From: an uncultured Gammaproteobacteria bacterium
GTDB lineage: Bacteria > Pseudomonadota > Gammaproteobacteria > Steroidobacterales > Steroidobacteraceae
Length of the DNA: 64,000 bases
Reading direction: 5' to 3'
Assembly (NCBI GenBank): GCA_963698735.1
Contig: CAVOSA010000025.1
Location: forward strand, 169-64,168
A program made the translations under genes and the position numbers. The notes under the pieces were generated by a model, which did no database searches, was not told the origin of the DNA, and saw only the letters and a list, made by a program, of their open reading frames with translations. Each line of letters opens with the position of its first letter. Positions within the stretch are counted from its first letter, which is position 1. Shown here one piece after another: positions 38,954-51,839 of this stretch.

Positions 38954-39913
38954 TCAGCGCGCGAACCGATCCGTCGCCGACACCAGCTCGTGCGTATTGC
39001 CTGCCTCCATTGCCGAGTGCCCCGCGTCCGGCACGACGCGGAAGTCAGCTTCTGGCCAGGCCGTGTGCAGGTCCCACGCGCTGCGCATCGGGCAGACGAC
39101 GTCGTAGCGGCCCTGCACGATCACCGCCGGAATGTGGCGGATCCTGCGCACCCCGCGCAGCAACTGGTCCTCGCGTTCGAAGAAGCCCTGGTTGACGAAG
39201 TAGTGGCATTCGATGCGAGCCACCGCGATGGCAAAATCATCTGCGTTCCAGCTGGCGATGTTCTGCTCGTTGACGAGCAGGTAGCTCGTTGCGGCCTCCC
39301 ATTCGGCCCACGCCTTCGCGGCTTTCAGCTGCACTGCGCGGCTGCGGCTCGTGAGCCGCTTGTAGAATGCGCCGACGAGATCGCCGCGTTCGGCTTTCGG
39401 GATCGCAGCAAGGTAGTTCTGCCAGTGATCCGGGAAGATCGCGCTGGCGCCGTGCTGGTAGAACCAGTGAATCTCCCAGTCGCGCAGCATGAAGATGCCG
39501 CGCAGCACGAGTTCGGTAACGCGCTTCGGGTGCGTTTCTGCATAGGCCAGCGACAGCGTCGAACCCCACGAGCCGCCGAACACCAGCCACTTCTCGATGC
39601 CGAGGTGCTTGCGCAACAGTTCCATGTCCGCCACGAGATGCCACGTGGTGTTGTCCACGAGGCTCGCGTGCGGCTTGCTGCGGCCGCAGCCGCGCTGGTC
39701 GAACAGCACGATGCGGTACTTGCGCGGGTCGAAAAAGCGGCGCGAACTCTCGCCGGCCCCTGCACCCGGGCCGCCGTGCACGAACACCGCGGGCTTGCCA
39801 CGCGGATTGCCGCATTCTTCCCAGTAGATTTCGTGCTCGGGCGCGACTCGTAACCAGCCGCTGCGGTAGGGCTTGATATCGGGGTAGAGGGTGCGTCGAG
39901 CAGGGGATGCCAT
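38954..39913 (-). CDS. pip: prolyl aminopeptidase (proline iminopeptidase)
   Basis: 319 aa from the internal ATG of ORF 38954..40231. MASPARRTLYPDIKPYRSGWL...VFVHGGPGAG...VFGGSWGSTLSLAYA (GxSxG nucleophile). Confidence 0.9.
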   Translation of the reverse strand: MASPARRTLYPDIKPYRSGWLRVAPEHEIYWEECGNPRGKPAVFVHGGPGAGAGESSRRFFDPRKYRIVLFDQRGCGRSKPHASLVDNTTWHLVADMELLRKHLGIEKWLVFGGSWGSTLSLAYAETHPKRVTELVLRGIFMLRDWEIHWFYQHGASAIFPDHWQNYLAAIPKAERGDLVGAFYKRLTSRSRAVQLKAAKAWAEWEAATSYLLVNEQNIASWNADDFAIAVARIECHYFVNQGFFEREDQLLRGVRRIRHIPAVIVQGRYDVVCPMRSAWDLHTAWPEADFRVVPDAGHSAMEAGNTHELVSATDRFAR

Positions 39914-40109
39914 GCGGAGGCTCCGTGGAGGCGGACAGTGCGGGGAATATAGCCGAGGGCGGGCGGCATGGGTTGGGGGCCGGGAGCTGGCCGGACACGC
40001 GCCAGCCGGTGGTGCGCCGCCGGTCAAGGCGGCATAATCTCCCGCACATGCCGAGCCACCCACAGGCGAGCTGCCCACCGCGGACACGCGCCGCAGGCCA
40101 TTCCGCCCG

Positions 40110-41126
40110 GTGAGGACGACCCCCGACTCGTTCCAGGCGGCGCTGGCCAAAGGTCCGCTGCCGCGCGTCTGCCTCATCACGGGGGTCGAGCCCCTGCTGA
40201 TCGACGAAGCCGCCACCGTGCTTCGCGCCAAGGCACGCGAGGCGGGCTACGGCGACCGCGAAGTCCATTTCGTCGAGCGCGGGTTCGACTGGGACACCCT
40301 GCTCATGGACGCGAACAGCCTCTCGCTGTTCGCCAACCTGCGGCTGATCGAACTCAAGCTGCGCAATGCTCCGGACGCGGGCGCGGCGAAGAACCTCGTC
40401 AAGCTGGCCGCGAGCCCGCCCGCCGACACGGTGCTGCTGGTCACGGGAGAACTCGAACCCAAGTCGCAGAAAGCGGCGTGGGTCAACGAGTTCGAGCGCC
40501 AGGGCACCGTCGTCGTCGCGCCGCCAATGACTCGCGACCGACTGCCGGAATGGATTTCCCGCCGGCTGCAGAAGCAGGGCGTCACGCTCCAGCCCGAGGC
40601 GGCCCAGCTGCTCGCAGATCGCGTCGAGGGCAACCTGCTCGCGGCGCAACAGGAGATCGAGCGCATTGCATTGCTGAAACCCGGCGCGACGCTCGATGCC
40701 GACAGCGTTGCGGAACTCGTTGCCGACAATGCGCGCTTCGACGTGTTCGAACTCTCGACGGCCGCGTTCCTCGGCAATGCGCCGCGCGCGCTGCGCATTC
40801 TCGAAGGCCTGCGTGGCGAGGGCCGCGAGCCGCCGCTGATCCTGTGGGCACTGCTCAATGACTTGCGCGCCGTGTCGCGCGTGCTGCAGCGTGAGCCCAA
40901 TGACCGCAACATCGACGGCATCTTCCGCGCCGAGCAGGTGTGGGGCAGCCGGCAGGGGCCGGTCCGCGTCGCCGTGCAGCGCCTGCGACGCGCGGAAATC
41001 GACTCGCTGATCGTCGCCGCCGCGCGCGCCGACCGCGTCGCAAAAGGCAGCCTGCGCGGCGAGCCCTGGGTCGAGATCACGGGACTCGTCGCGCGCATTG
41101 CCGGCGTCAAGCTCGCGACCGCATGA
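40110..41126 (+). CDS. holA: DNA polymerase III subunit delta
   Basis: 338 aa with a GTG start. The HolA-like sequence includes ...LADRVEGNLLAAQQEIERIALL.... It lies upstream of nadD. Confidence 0.85.
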   Translation: MRTTPDSFQAALAKGPLPRVCLITGVEPLLIDEAATVLRAKAREAGYGDREVHFVERGFDWDTLLMDANSLSLFANLRLIELKLRNAPDAGAAKNLVKLAASPPADTVLLVTGELEPKSQKAAWVNEFERQGTVVVAPPMTRDRLPEWISRRLQKQGVTLQPEAAQLLADRVEGNLLAAQQEIERIALLKPGATLDADSVAELVADNARFDVFELSTAAFLGNAPRALRILEGLRGEGREPPLILWALLNDLRAVSRVLQREPNDRNIDGIFRAEQVWGSRQGPVRVAVQRLRRAEIDSLIVAAARADRVAKGSLRGEPWVEITGLVARIAGVKLATA

Positions 41127-41791
41127 CGGCGACGCACCCCAGCGCACCGCTCGGCGTCTTCGGCGGCACCTTCGATCCGATCCACTTCGGCCACCTGCGC
41201 ACGGCGTTCGAAGTCCTGCACGCAGCCCGTCTGCGCGAGGTGCGCTTCGTGCCTGCGGGTGATCCGCCGCACCGCGAGCCGCCGCGCGTCGATGCTGCCG
41301 AGCGGCTCGATCTCGTGCGTGCGGCCATCGCGGACCAGCCGGGTTTCGTCGTCGACGATCGCGAGGTTCGACGGGCAGGGCGCTCCTACAGCGTGCTCAC
41401 GCTGGGCGAACTGCGCGCCGAACTGCCCGACGTACCGCTCTGCCTGATTGTCGGCATGGACGCATTTCTCGGCCTGCCGACGTGGCATCGCTGGACCGAA
41501 CTGCTCGAACTGGCGCATTTGATCGTCGCGCCGCGGCCGGGCTGGATCGCGCCGGACGACGGCGTGCTCGGCAACCTGCTGGCGGAGCGGCGCGCGCTCG
41601 ACCCAAGCGAGCTGCACGCGTCGCTCGCCGGCCGCATCCTGGTGCAGCCCGTCACGCAGCTCGAGATTTCTTCCACGGAGTTGCGCGAACTGCTCGCCGC
41701 AGGCCGCGACCCGCGTTACCTGGTGCCCGATGCCGTGTGCGAACGGATCCGTCGCACGGCGTGTTATACGGTTTCCCAACCCGAGAGGTGA
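41123..41791 (+). CDS. nadD: nicotinate-nucleotide adenylyltransferase
   Basis: 222 aa, GVFGGTFDPIHFGHL motif. Its ATG overlaps the holA TGA. Confidence 0.92.
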   Translation: MTATHPSAPLGVFGGTFDPIHFGHLRTAFEVLHAARLREVRFVPAGDPPHREPPRVDAAERLDLVRAAIADQPGFVVDDREVRRAGRSYSVLTLGELRAELPDVPLCLIVGMDAFLGLPTWHRWTELLELAHLIVAPRPGWIAPDDGVLGNLLAERRALDPSELHASLAGRILVQPVTQLEISSTELRELLAAGRDPRYLVPDAVCERIRRTACYTVSQPER

Positions 41792-41793
41792 GC

Positions 41794-42348
41794 ATGGCAG
41801 CCAAGCGTCCGTCCCGATCGTCTTCTTCCAAGTCGACTGCCCCCCGAGCCGCGACTCGCAAGGCGCAGGCCAGCAGCGCCGCTCAGCGCCGCGCGCCGGC
41901 TGCGAAGGCCAAGGCTCCGGCCAAGGCTCCGGTCAAGGCGCGAGCGAAGGTGGCGAACAGGAGCGCCGCTGCCAGGCCGGTCGCGAAGGCAACCAAGCCC
42001 GCCAGACCGAAGGCGCCGCCGGCGCTCGCGCAGGTGGTGCTCGACGCGCTTGCCGACATGAAGGCGGTCAACGTCAAGGCGATGGACGTGCGCGGCATCA
42101 CCGACATCACCGACACGATGGTCGTTGCGAGCGGCACGTCCGACCGCCATGTGAAGTCGATTGCGGACCGCGTGGTGCAACGCTGCAAGGAGGCGGGGTT
42201 CCGCCCGTATGGCATCGAGGGCGAACGCGACGGCGAGTGGGTGTTGCTTGACCTCAACGACGTCGTGCTGCACGTGATGCTGCCGCGGGTGCGCGAGTTC
42301 TACGCGCTCGAGAAGCTGTGGGAGGGGAGCGCCGCGCGGCGCGCCTGA
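41794..42348 (+). CDS. rsfS: ribosomal silencing factor RsfS with a long Ala/Lys/Pro-rich N-terminal extension
   Basis: The C-terminal ~100 aa (...LDALADMKAVNVKAMDVRGITDITDTMVVASGTSDRHVKSIADRV...WVLLDLNDVVLHVMLPRVREFYALEKLW) form a canonical RsfS. The N-terminal ~80 aa are low complexity. Confidence 0.88.
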   Translation: MAAKRPSRSSSSKSTAPRAATRKAQASSAAQRRAPAAKAKAPAKAPVKARAKVANRSAAARPVAKATKPARPKAPPALAQVVLDALADMKAVNVKAMDVRGITDITDTMVVASGTSDRHVKSIADRVVQRCKEAGFRPYGIEGERDGEWVLLDLNDVVLHVMLPRVREFYALEKLWEGSAARRA

Positions 42349-42395
42349 GGATCGGGAGGGGCTCCGGCCGGACCGGGGTCGCTGGAGTCACCCGC

Positions 42396-42863
42396 ATGCG
42401 CATGCGACTGCTCGCCGCAGGGACCCGGATGCCGGACTGGGTCAACGCGGGCTTCGAAGACTACGCCGGCAGGCTGCGCGGCGATTACCGGCTCGAACTG
42501 ACCGAGATCCCCCTCGGTGAACGGGGTGGCGGCGACGTGCGGCGTGCCGTCGAGACCGAGGGCCGTCGCATGCTGGCGGCGGCTGGAGAGCGGGCCTACC
42601 TGGTCGCCATGCAAGTCGGCGGCAAGGCGCTGACGACCGAGCAACTGGCCCGCTGGCTCGAGGACCGGGCCCGGGAGGGCGATTCCCCGGTGTTCTGCAT
42701 CGGCGGCCCGGACGGGCTGGCACCGGAGGTGGACGCCCAGGCCCGGCTCCGCTGGTCATTGTCGGCACTGACCCTGCCCCACGGCTTGGCCCGTGTGGTG
42801 GTCGCGGAAGCGCTGTACCGAGCCGTCAGCCTGAACAAGGGCCTGCCTTACCACCGGGCCTGA
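42396..42863 (+). CDS. rlmH: 23S rRNA (pseudouridine1915-N3)-methyltransferase
   Basis: MRMRLLAAGTRMPDWVNAGFEDYAGRL...FCIGGPDGLAPEV...LPHGLARVVVAEALYRAVSLNKGLPYHR. The start is at 42396 or 42402. Confidence 0.92.
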   Translation: MRMRLLAAGTRMPDWVNAGFEDYAGRLRGDYRLELTEIPLGERGGGDVRRAVETEGRRMLAAAGERAYLVAMQVGGKALTTEQLARWLEDRAREGDSPVFCIGGPDGLAPEVDAQARLRWSLSALTLPHGLARVVVAEALYRAVSLNKGLPYHRA

Positions 42864-42953
42864 GGCAACTGCGATCCCCTCGATGGACACGGACCGTCCG
42901 GCACGATTCAATTCCTCTTTTGGCACCTACACTTACGGCCGCGAGGCAGCCCC

Positions 42954-43388
42954 ATGCACCCCTATCCGCACCTGTACACGGTCCAGGCGACCGCCGAACC
43001 GACCGGCGACGTGCCGCTGACCGCCGCCGGCCTGCCGGCCATCGCCACTGCCCCGCCGGCCGAGTTCGACGGACCGGGCGATCGCTGGTCGCCCGAAACT
43101 CTGCTGTGCGGCGCAGTGGCCGATTGCTTCCTGCTGAGTTTTCGCGCGGTCGCCCGTGCCTCGAAGCTCGACTGGAATTCCCTCGACTGCAGTGTCGACG
43201 GCAAGCTCGAACGCGTTGACGGCCGCACGTTCTTCACCGAAATCGTCGTGCGCGCGACCTTGCGCGTGCCCGCGGGCACGGATCCGGATCGCGCCACCAA
43301 GCTGCTCGAGAAAGCCGAGCACGTCTGCCTGGTCAGCAACTCGCTGGTGGCGCAGCGCCGCCTCGACCCGACGGTCATCGTGGGCTGA
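42954..43388 (+). CDS. OsmC family peroxiredoxin-like protein
   Basis: 144 aa, with the paired Cys context (...LLCGAVADCFLLSF... and ...KAEHVCLVSNSL...) typical of OsmC/Ohr. Confidence 0.75.
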   Translation: MHPYPHLYTVQATAEPTGDVPLTAAGLPAIATAPPAEFDGPGDRWSPETLLCGAVADCFLLSFRAVARASKLDWNSLDCSVDGKLERVDGRTFFTEIVVRATLRVPAGTDPDRATKLLEKAEHVCLVSNSLVAQRRLDPTVIVG

Positions 43389-43394
43389 CGCCGC

Positions 43395-43999
43395 ATGGCG
43401 AGCGACGGACCCGCCATCTACCTGGCGTCCGCCTCGCCGCGGCGCAGTGAGCTGTTGCGCCAGATCGACGTGACGCACGCGGTGCTCCCCGTGGATATCG
43501 ACGAAAGCCCGTGGCCGGGCGAGAAGCCCGCGCACTATGCGCTGCGGCTCGCCGAGCAGAAGGCGCGTGCCCTGTGGGAGCAACTGCCGGTCGCGCAGCG
43601 TCGGCCGGTGCTCGCGGCCGACACCACGGTGGCGCTGGGCGACGAGATCCTTGGCAAACCCGTTGACCACGACGATGCCGTCCGCATCCTCGGCCGCCTG
43701 TCCGGGCGCGAGCACGAGGTGCACACCGCTGTCGCCGTGCTGCACGAAGGCGGCGCCGACGCACGTGTCAGCACCAGCACCGTGGCCTTCCGCCCGCTCA
43801 CCCGGGCGGAGATCGACTGGTACTGGCGCACCGGCGAACCTGCCGACAAGGCCGGGGCGTATGCCGTGCAGGGGCACGCCGCCGTCTTCATCCGCCGTCT
43901 CGCCGGCAGCTATTCCGGCGTGATGGGGCTGCCCCTTTACGAGACCTGGGAACTGCTGGCTCCGCTGCTGGGTCTGAACAGGAACTACACCCAGGCACC

Positions 44000-44003
<4 letters not shown>
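43395..44003 (+). CDS. maf: Maf-like nucleoside-triphosphate pyrophosphatase
   Basis: 202 aa, ...IYLASASPRRSELL...AADTTV...DKAGAYAVQG.... Confidence 0.92.
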
Positions 44004-45465
<1,462 letters not shown>

Positions 45466-45469
<4 letters not shown>

Positions 45470-48400
45470 CTTCGACCCGGTGGTGGCGCCTCCTCGCGGG
45501 CACCGCGGCCGGTCTGCTCGTGCTGGTTGCGCTGCTGCTCACGGCGCTCCGCATCGCGATCGCCTACGTGCCGCAGAACGAGAAGAAGCTGCGCACGTGG
45601 ATCGAACGCCAGACGCACATGAAGCTCGAGTACTCGCGGCTCGACACGCGGCTGCGCTGGTATGGACCCGAGGTCGTGCTGCACGACCTGAGGGTGCTCG
45701 ACGAAGACCGCTCGCAGACGATGTTTGCCACGCGTGAAGGCACGGTCGGGCTCGACCTCTGGAATTTCCTCCGCACGGGTCAGTTCGTCGCGGGCCGCAT
45801 CAGCATCCTCGAGCCGCGCGTCACGGTCGTGCGCCTGGCCGACGGCCGCATCAGGCTGCTGGGCCTGCGTGAACGCCCCGCCGACCGCCCGCCCTTCGAT
45901 CTGGACCGGCTCCCGGCAGGGCGCGTCATCATCGACGATGCAGTGGTCGTCTATCGCGACCTCAAGACAGGCCGCACGCCCGTCGAGTTCACCAACCTCG
46001 ACGTGCAGTTGCGCCGCGATCGCGACTTCGTCGTCATGGAAGGCAATGCGACTCTGCCGCAGATGCTCGGCACGCGGGCCGAGTTCAGCGTGCGCCTGAA
46101 AGGATCGCTCGACGCGCGTGAGCATCTCGACGCCCGCGTCGAGGTCGATGCGGACATGCTGCGGCTGGCCGGCCTCAAGGACTTCCTGCCGCCGCAGGTG
46201 GCGATGCCGACGTCGGGTGCCGGGCCGGTGCGCGCCGTGCTCGCGCTGCGGCAGGGCCGGGTGTCGAACCTGCGCTGCGGGTTCAAGCTGCGCGACGTGG
46301 TCCTGCAGTTGCCGGCAAGGTCCGTGCCGACGATCGAGGCCGTTCGGGTCACCGCCCCGCGGCTCGAACTCGCGGCTGGCACCAGGATGAGCTATCCGAC
46401 GGTAACCAAGCAGATCGTCCAGCGCGCGCCGCCGCCGCTGCCCGCCGAAGCACGTTACGGCGCGTTCGAAGGCGACGCCCGCCTGCGCCAGGAGAACGGC
46501 GAGTGGGTGTTCCGTGTCGAAGGCCTGCGCACCCAGTCCGGCGCCGCGGGGCCATCTGGCGACACCAACGTCTGGGGACGCTGGAGCGGCAAGCCGGTCT
46601 CGCGTTTTGCGTTCGAACTCAACGTCGACGGCCTCGACCTTGCGCCCGCCTGGCCCCTGGTGCTGGCGTTCGCGCCTCCTTCGTTCGACCGCTTCGCTGG
46701 ACTCGCCCCCACCGGACGGGTGCAGTCACTGCGGGTGCAGATCTCGCGTGAGCGCGCGGGCCTGGCGCCGTCGTTCACGGTCAAGGCTGACCTGGCCGCA
46801 ATCGGCGTGCAGCCGCATGGACGGTTCCCGGGCTTGACGGGGGTGTCGTTGAAACTCGACGGTAACGACCAGGGCGGCAAGCTGCAACTGCGCGGCGAAA
46901 AGCCGGTGTTCGAGTGGCCGCGGCTCTTTCGCGAACCGCTGGCGCTGGAGCGCGTCAGCGCTGACGGCGGTTGGCGGCGGGAGGGCGCGGCCTGGATCGC
47001 CAGCGCGAAGGGCGCACAGGTCGAGCACCGCCAGGGCCGCGCCAAGGTGGATGTGGAGTTCAGCGTCGAGAAACCCGGCGTGTCGCCGATCCTGACGCTG
47101 AATGCCGAAGTGCCCGAGGTCGACGTCTCGCTCGTGCCGAAGGTCGTGCCGGTCGGCCGCCTGCGCGAAAGGACGATCGCATGGCTCGACCGCGCCTTCG
47201 TCCGCGGCATGGCGACCAATGGCCGATTGAGTTACCACGGGCCGGTCAGGAAGTTTCCGTTTCGCAATGGCGAGGGTGAGTTCACCGCGACCGCAGACGC
47301 GCACAACGTGACGCTCGATTACTACCCTGGATTCGCGCCGCTCACCAACGCGGCGGGTTCGGCCAGGTTCCACAACGCCTCGATCGAGGCAACGGTCGCC
47401 GCAGGCGAGCTCGGCGGACTCAAGCTCTCGCAGGCGAAGTTCCTGATGTCGGACTACAAGGCGCCTGTGCTCGAGATTGACGGCAAGGCGGCCGGCGATC
47501 TTCAAAAGGCCCTCGCCTACCTGCAGACGAGCCAGCTCGGGCCGGTCATCGGCGAGCAGTTCATGGGACTCACCGGCAGCGGGCCTGCGCAGTACGACGT
47601 GCAGCTCACGCTGCCGGTGATTTCCGACGAAGCGGTCGCGGAGTTGCCGGCACCACCGCCGCCCCGCGACTACACCGTGCGCGCGATTCTGGACGGCGTG
47701 ACCGTCGCATTGCCGGCCCTGCGCGCACCGGCCCAGCGCGTGAATGGCACGTTCGAACTGCACAACTACGACGTAAAGATCGCCGGCCTGCGCGGCACGA
47801 TCCTCGACGGCCCGTTCGAACTGTCGGCGAGCCCCGGCCGTCTCTCGCGCGATCTCGAAGCGGCCGTGGACCTCACGGCGAAGGGTCGTGCCAGTGGCGC
47901 GAAGCTGCCCGCATTCATCGGGCTGCCGTCGACGATCACGATGAGCGGGTCCACCGACTGGGAGCTGCAAGGCCGTATCGAAAAGCGCCGCAGCGATGGC
48001 GCCTGGCCGCTGGTGTTCGACGTCGCGAGCAACCTGGGCGGACTCGTGATCCAGGCGCCGAAGCCTTTTGCCAAGGCCGCACCCGAGACACGGCCGACTC
48101 GCGTCCGGCTGGAGATCCCGGGATCGCGTGCGAACGACGTCACGCTCGAGTCGGGCAGTGCGCGCGCCCTGCTGCGTTTCGCGGCGCGCGACGACGGGTG
48201 GCGTCTCGAGCGCGGCGCGGCACGCTTCGACGCACAACCGGTCTCGCTGCCGTCGCAGCCTGGCTTGCTGGTCACCGGCGACTGGCCACAGTTCGACCTC
48301 GGTGAATGGCTCGCGCTGTCGAACACGACCGCGGGCGGCGCGACCCGTGGCGGCGGCCCGCGCCTGATGGAGTGGCTCGGCCCCGTGGACGTGCACCTGG

Positions 48401-49500
48401 ACCGCGCGACGGTCTTCGGCTTCGAGTTCCGCGACGTGGTCGCGAAGCTGCGCAGTGAGGGCGAGGACTGGCACATCGCCGTCATGGGCCCGCAGGCCGA
48501 AGGCCAGGTCACGGTTCCCGACGACCTCACGCGCGGACGGCCAATCGTGCTCGACATGAAGGTCCTGCAGCTCGTGAGCGAGGAAGTCGCCGCGGGCACG
48601 ACGGCGGGTGCGGCGGCCAGTGCGGGGCTCGATCCGCGCACGCTGCCCGCAATTGCCGCGAAGGCCGAGGACTTCAGCTGGCAGTCCCGGCACTTCGGCC
48701 GGCTCGACGCGACGATCTCGCGCGAGCCCCGCGGCCTGACGTTCGACTCGATCACGACGACCGCGCCGGCCTTCGACATTACCGCCAAGGGCAGCTGGTG
48801 GATGGAGCAGGACGGGCCGCGCACGCGGCTCGAGGCGCAGTTCAACAGCACCGATTTCGCCGCTGCGGCAAGGGCGCTCGCCTACCGCGACGCGATTGAC
48901 GCGAAGAAGGCCCGGATTACGGCCAGTCTGTGGTGGCCCGGCGGACCGTCGACGGACGTGCTGCGGACGATGGACGGCACCCTCCGCATCGCGTTGCAGG
49001 ACGGCCGCTTACGTGACATCGAGCCAGGCGCGGGCCGCATGCTCGGACTGCTCAGCGTGGCGCAGCTGCCACGGCGGCTGTCGCTCGACTTCCGCGACGT
49101 CACTGGCGAGGGTCTCGCTTTCAACAGCGTGCGGGGCGATTTCGAGGTGCGCGCCGGCAATGCGTACACGCAGAACCTGCTGCTCAAGGGGCCGGCCATC
49201 GACATGGGGATCGTGGGGCGCACCGGACTCGGGGCCGAGGATTACGACCAGACCATCGTCGTGAGCGGCAACCCCACCGGGCCGCTGGCCGTCGCCGGCG
49301 TCCTTGCGGCCGGACCCGTGATCGGGGCCGGCGTGCTGGTGCTGTCACAACTCTTCAAGGACCAGCTGCAAGGCCTGACCCGCGCCTATTACCATGTGTC
49401 CGGCCCGTGGGCCGCGCCCGTCGTGCAGCGAATCTCCGCGCCGGCGGAGAACGAAGCTGCCGCGGACAAGGCCGAGGTACCAGGAGGGAGCTTGCCGTGA
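45466..49500 (+). CDS. yhdP: YhdP family (AsmA-like) envelope lipid-transport protein
   Basis: 1344 aa with an N-terminal TM anchor. It follows maf-rng and precedes the nitrilase and tldD, as at enterobacterial yhdP loci. The C-terminal ...YHVSGPWAAPVV... motif is present. Confidence 0.85.
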
Positions 49501-50330
49501 CCCGTGTCGCCGCGATCCAGATGACGTCCTGCGCCAACGTCGGCCGCAATCTTGCTGTCGCCGGCGACTTGCTGCGGCAGGCCAAGGCACAAGAGGCAGT
49601 GGTCGCCGTGCTGCCGGAGAACTTCGCATTCATGGGCCGAGGCGAAGCGGACAAGCTCGCCGTGGCCGAAGATCACGGCTCCGGGCCCATCCAGGATTTC
49701 CTGTCGGGCATCGCGCGCCAGCTCGGATTGTGGATCGTGGGTGGCACGCTGCCGCTCAAGGTTCCCGGCGAGTCGCGCGCGGCCGCCGCCTGCCTCGTCT
49801 ACGACGCGGCAGGCCGCGAGGTCGCTCGCTACGACAAGATCCACCTGTTCGACGTGGACGTGCCCGGCAAGCTCGAAAGCCACCGCGAATCCAGGGCCGT
49901 GCGGCCCGGTTCGCAGGTGGTAACCGTCGATACCCCTGCTGGCCGCCTGGGCCTCGCCGTCTGCTACGACGTGCGTTTCCCCGAGTTGTTCCGCGAGTTG
50001 CTGGCCCAGGGGGCGGAATGGTTCACGCTGCCCTCGGCCTTCACCGTGCCGACGGGCAGGGCACACTGGGAACTGCTGCTGCGCACGCGCGCAGTGGAAA
50101 ACCTCTGCTACCTGGTGGCCCCGGCGCAGTCGGGATTCCACGAGAACGGCCGTGAGACCCACGGCGATTCGCTGATCGTCGAGCCCTGGGGCCGCGTGCT
50201 GGCGCGATTGCCGCGCGGCACGGGCGTGATCACGGCAGAATTGGACCTCGCGCGGCAGCGCCGTCTGCGGCAGGATTTTCCTTCCGTCGATCACCGCCGG
50301 CTCGCCGTCACCGCGCCCAGCAGGGAATAA
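49497..50330 (+). CDS. carbon-nitrogen hydrolase (nitrilase superfamily) protein
   Basis: 277 aa, with a GTG overlapping the yhdP stop. ...VAVLPENF..., ...YDKIHLFDV... and ...[15 protein letters not shown]... form the E-K-C catalytic triad context. Confidence 0.88.
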   Translation: MTRVAAIQMTSCANVGRNLAVAGDLLRQAKAQEAVVAVLPENFAFMGRGEADKLAVAEDHGSGPIQDFLSGIARQLGLWIVGGTLPLKVPGESRAAAACLVYDAAGREVARYDKIHLFDVDVPGKLESHRESRAVRPGSQVVTVDTPAGRLGLAVCYDVRFPELFRELLAQGAEWFTLPSAFTVPTGRAHWELLLRTRAVENLCYLVAPAQSGFHENGRETHGDSLIVEPWGRVLARLPRGTGVITAELDLARQRRLRQDFPSVDHRRLAVTAPSRE

Positions 50331-51835
50331 TGGAACAGAACATTCCGCCGCCGCTCTTTGCCCCGCAATCCGCCGCACTCACGGCCGGCGCCGCCGCCCG
50401 CGATCCGCTGGATGTCGCTCGCGCTGCGCTGCTCGGACCGGCCGAACTCGACGAGAACCGCGTGGCCAGCGTGCTCGGCGACGTGATGGGGCACGCGGTC
50501 GACTACAGCGACATCTACTTCCAGCTCACGCGCGAGGAGTCCTGGGCGCTGGAGGACGGCATCGTCAAGGACGGCGCCCACAGCATCGAGCAGGGCGTGG
50601 GCGTGCGCGCGCTCGCCGGCGAGAAGACCGGCTTCGCCTACTCCGACGAAGTGATGCTGCCCGCGCTGCTCGAAGCAGCGCACGCCGCGCGAGCCATCTC
50701 GCGCTCCGGCTCGGGCGGTGCGGTGCAGGCGTGGCACGCCACCGGCGGTCGCCGGCTGTACTCGGCCGTCGATCCCGTCGAGACGATGGCCGACGACGAC
50801 AAGGTCAAGTTGCTCGAGCAGATCGACCGCGAGGCACGCGCGCTCGATTCGCGCATTACGCAGGTGATGGCGAGCCTCTCGGCCTCGCACGACACCGTGC
50901 TCGTCATGGCGAGCGACGGCACGCTGGCTGGCGACGTGCGTCCGCTGGTGCGGCTCAACGTCAGCGTGATCATCGAACAGGACGGCCGGCGCGAGCAGGG
51001 TTATGCCGGCGGCGGCGGCCGCTTTGCCTACACGGAATTCCTCGCATCCGAACGCTGGCGGTTGCTGGTGAAGGAGGCCGTGCGCACCGCACAGGTCAAC
51101 CTTGAAGCCGTGCCGGCACCGGCGGGCACGATGACGGTCGTGCTCGGCGCCGGCTGGCCCGGCGTGCTGCTGCACGAAGCCGTGGGCCACGGGCTCGAAG
51201 GCGACTTCAACCGCAAGGGCACGTCGGCTTTCAGCGGCCGCATCGGCCAGCAGGTCGCGGCCCGTGGCGTCACGATCGTCGACGACGGCACGCTCGCGGC
51301 ACGCCGCGGCTCGCTCAACATCGACGATGAGGGCACGCCTACCCAGTGCACGACACTGATCGAGGACGGAATCCTGCGCGGCTACCTGCAGGACAAGCTG
51401 AACGCGCGTTTGATGGGCGTGAAACCCACGGGCAACGGCCGGCGCGAAAGCTTCGCGGCGCTCACGCTGCCGCGCATGACCAACACCTACATGCTGCCCG
51501 GCCAGCATGCGCCGGAGGAAATCATCGCCACGGTCGACAAGGGACTGTATTGCCGCAACTTCGGCGGCGGACAGGTGGACATCACGTCGGGCAAGTTCGT
51601 GTTTTCCGCGAGCGAGGCTTACCTGATCGAGAACGGCAGGATCACGCGGCCCGTGAAGGGCGCGACACTCATCGGCAACGGGCCGGAAGTCATGACCCGT
51701 GTCTCGATGGTGGGCAACGACCTCAAGCTCGACGACGGAGTCGGCACCTGTGGCAAGGAAGGGCAGGAAGTTCCCGTGGGCGTCGGCCAGCCTACGCTGC
51801 GCGTGGACGCGCTGACGGTCGGCGGCACGGGCTGA
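50330..51835 (+). CDS. tldD: metalloprotease TldD
   Basis: 501 aa, ...[24 protein letters not shown]...GNGRRESF...[15 protein letters not shown]. Confidence 0.95.
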   Translation: MEQNIPPPLFAPQSAALTAGAAARDPLDVARAALLGPAELDENRVASVLGDVMGHAVDYSDIYFQLTREESWALEDGIVKDGAHSIEQGVGVRALAGEKTGFAYSDEVMLPALLEAAHAARAISRSGSGGAVQAWHATGGRRLYSAVDPVETMADDDKVKLLEQIDREARALDSRITQVMASLSASHDTVLVMASDGTLAGDVRPLVRLNVSVIIEQDGRREQGYAGGGGRFAYTEFLASERWRLLVKEAVRTAQVNLEAVPAPAGTMTVVLGAGWPGVLLHEAVGHGLEGDFNRKGTSAFSGRIGQQVAARGVTIVDDGTLAARRGSLNIDDEGTPTQCTTLIEDGILRGYLQDKLNARLMGVKPTGNGRRESFAALTLPRMTNTYMLPGQHAPEEIIATVDKGLYCRNFGGGQVDITSGKFVFSASEAYLIENGRITRPVKGATLIGNGPEVMTRVSMVGNDLKLDDGVGTCGKEGQEVPVGVGQPTLRVDALTVGGTG

Positions 51836-51839
51836 CGCC

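Noticed and set aside
39914-40231. 106-aa N-terminal extension of pip (ORF 38954..40231) overlapping the holA start.
   Set aside because: Prolyl aminopeptidase homology begins at MASPARRTLYPDIKPYRSGWL (start at 39913). The extension is low-complexity and overlaps the divergent holA 5' end.
46726-48693. 655-aa and 361-aa minus-strand ORFs inside yhdP. Likewise 39237..41147(-), 40247..41779(-), 50291..51871(-) and 55544..56980(-) lie opposite holA/nadD, tldD and pmbA.
   Set aside because: They are antisense to conserved genes, have low-complexity Arg/Ala-rich composition and lack start context. They were rejected as shadow ORFs.
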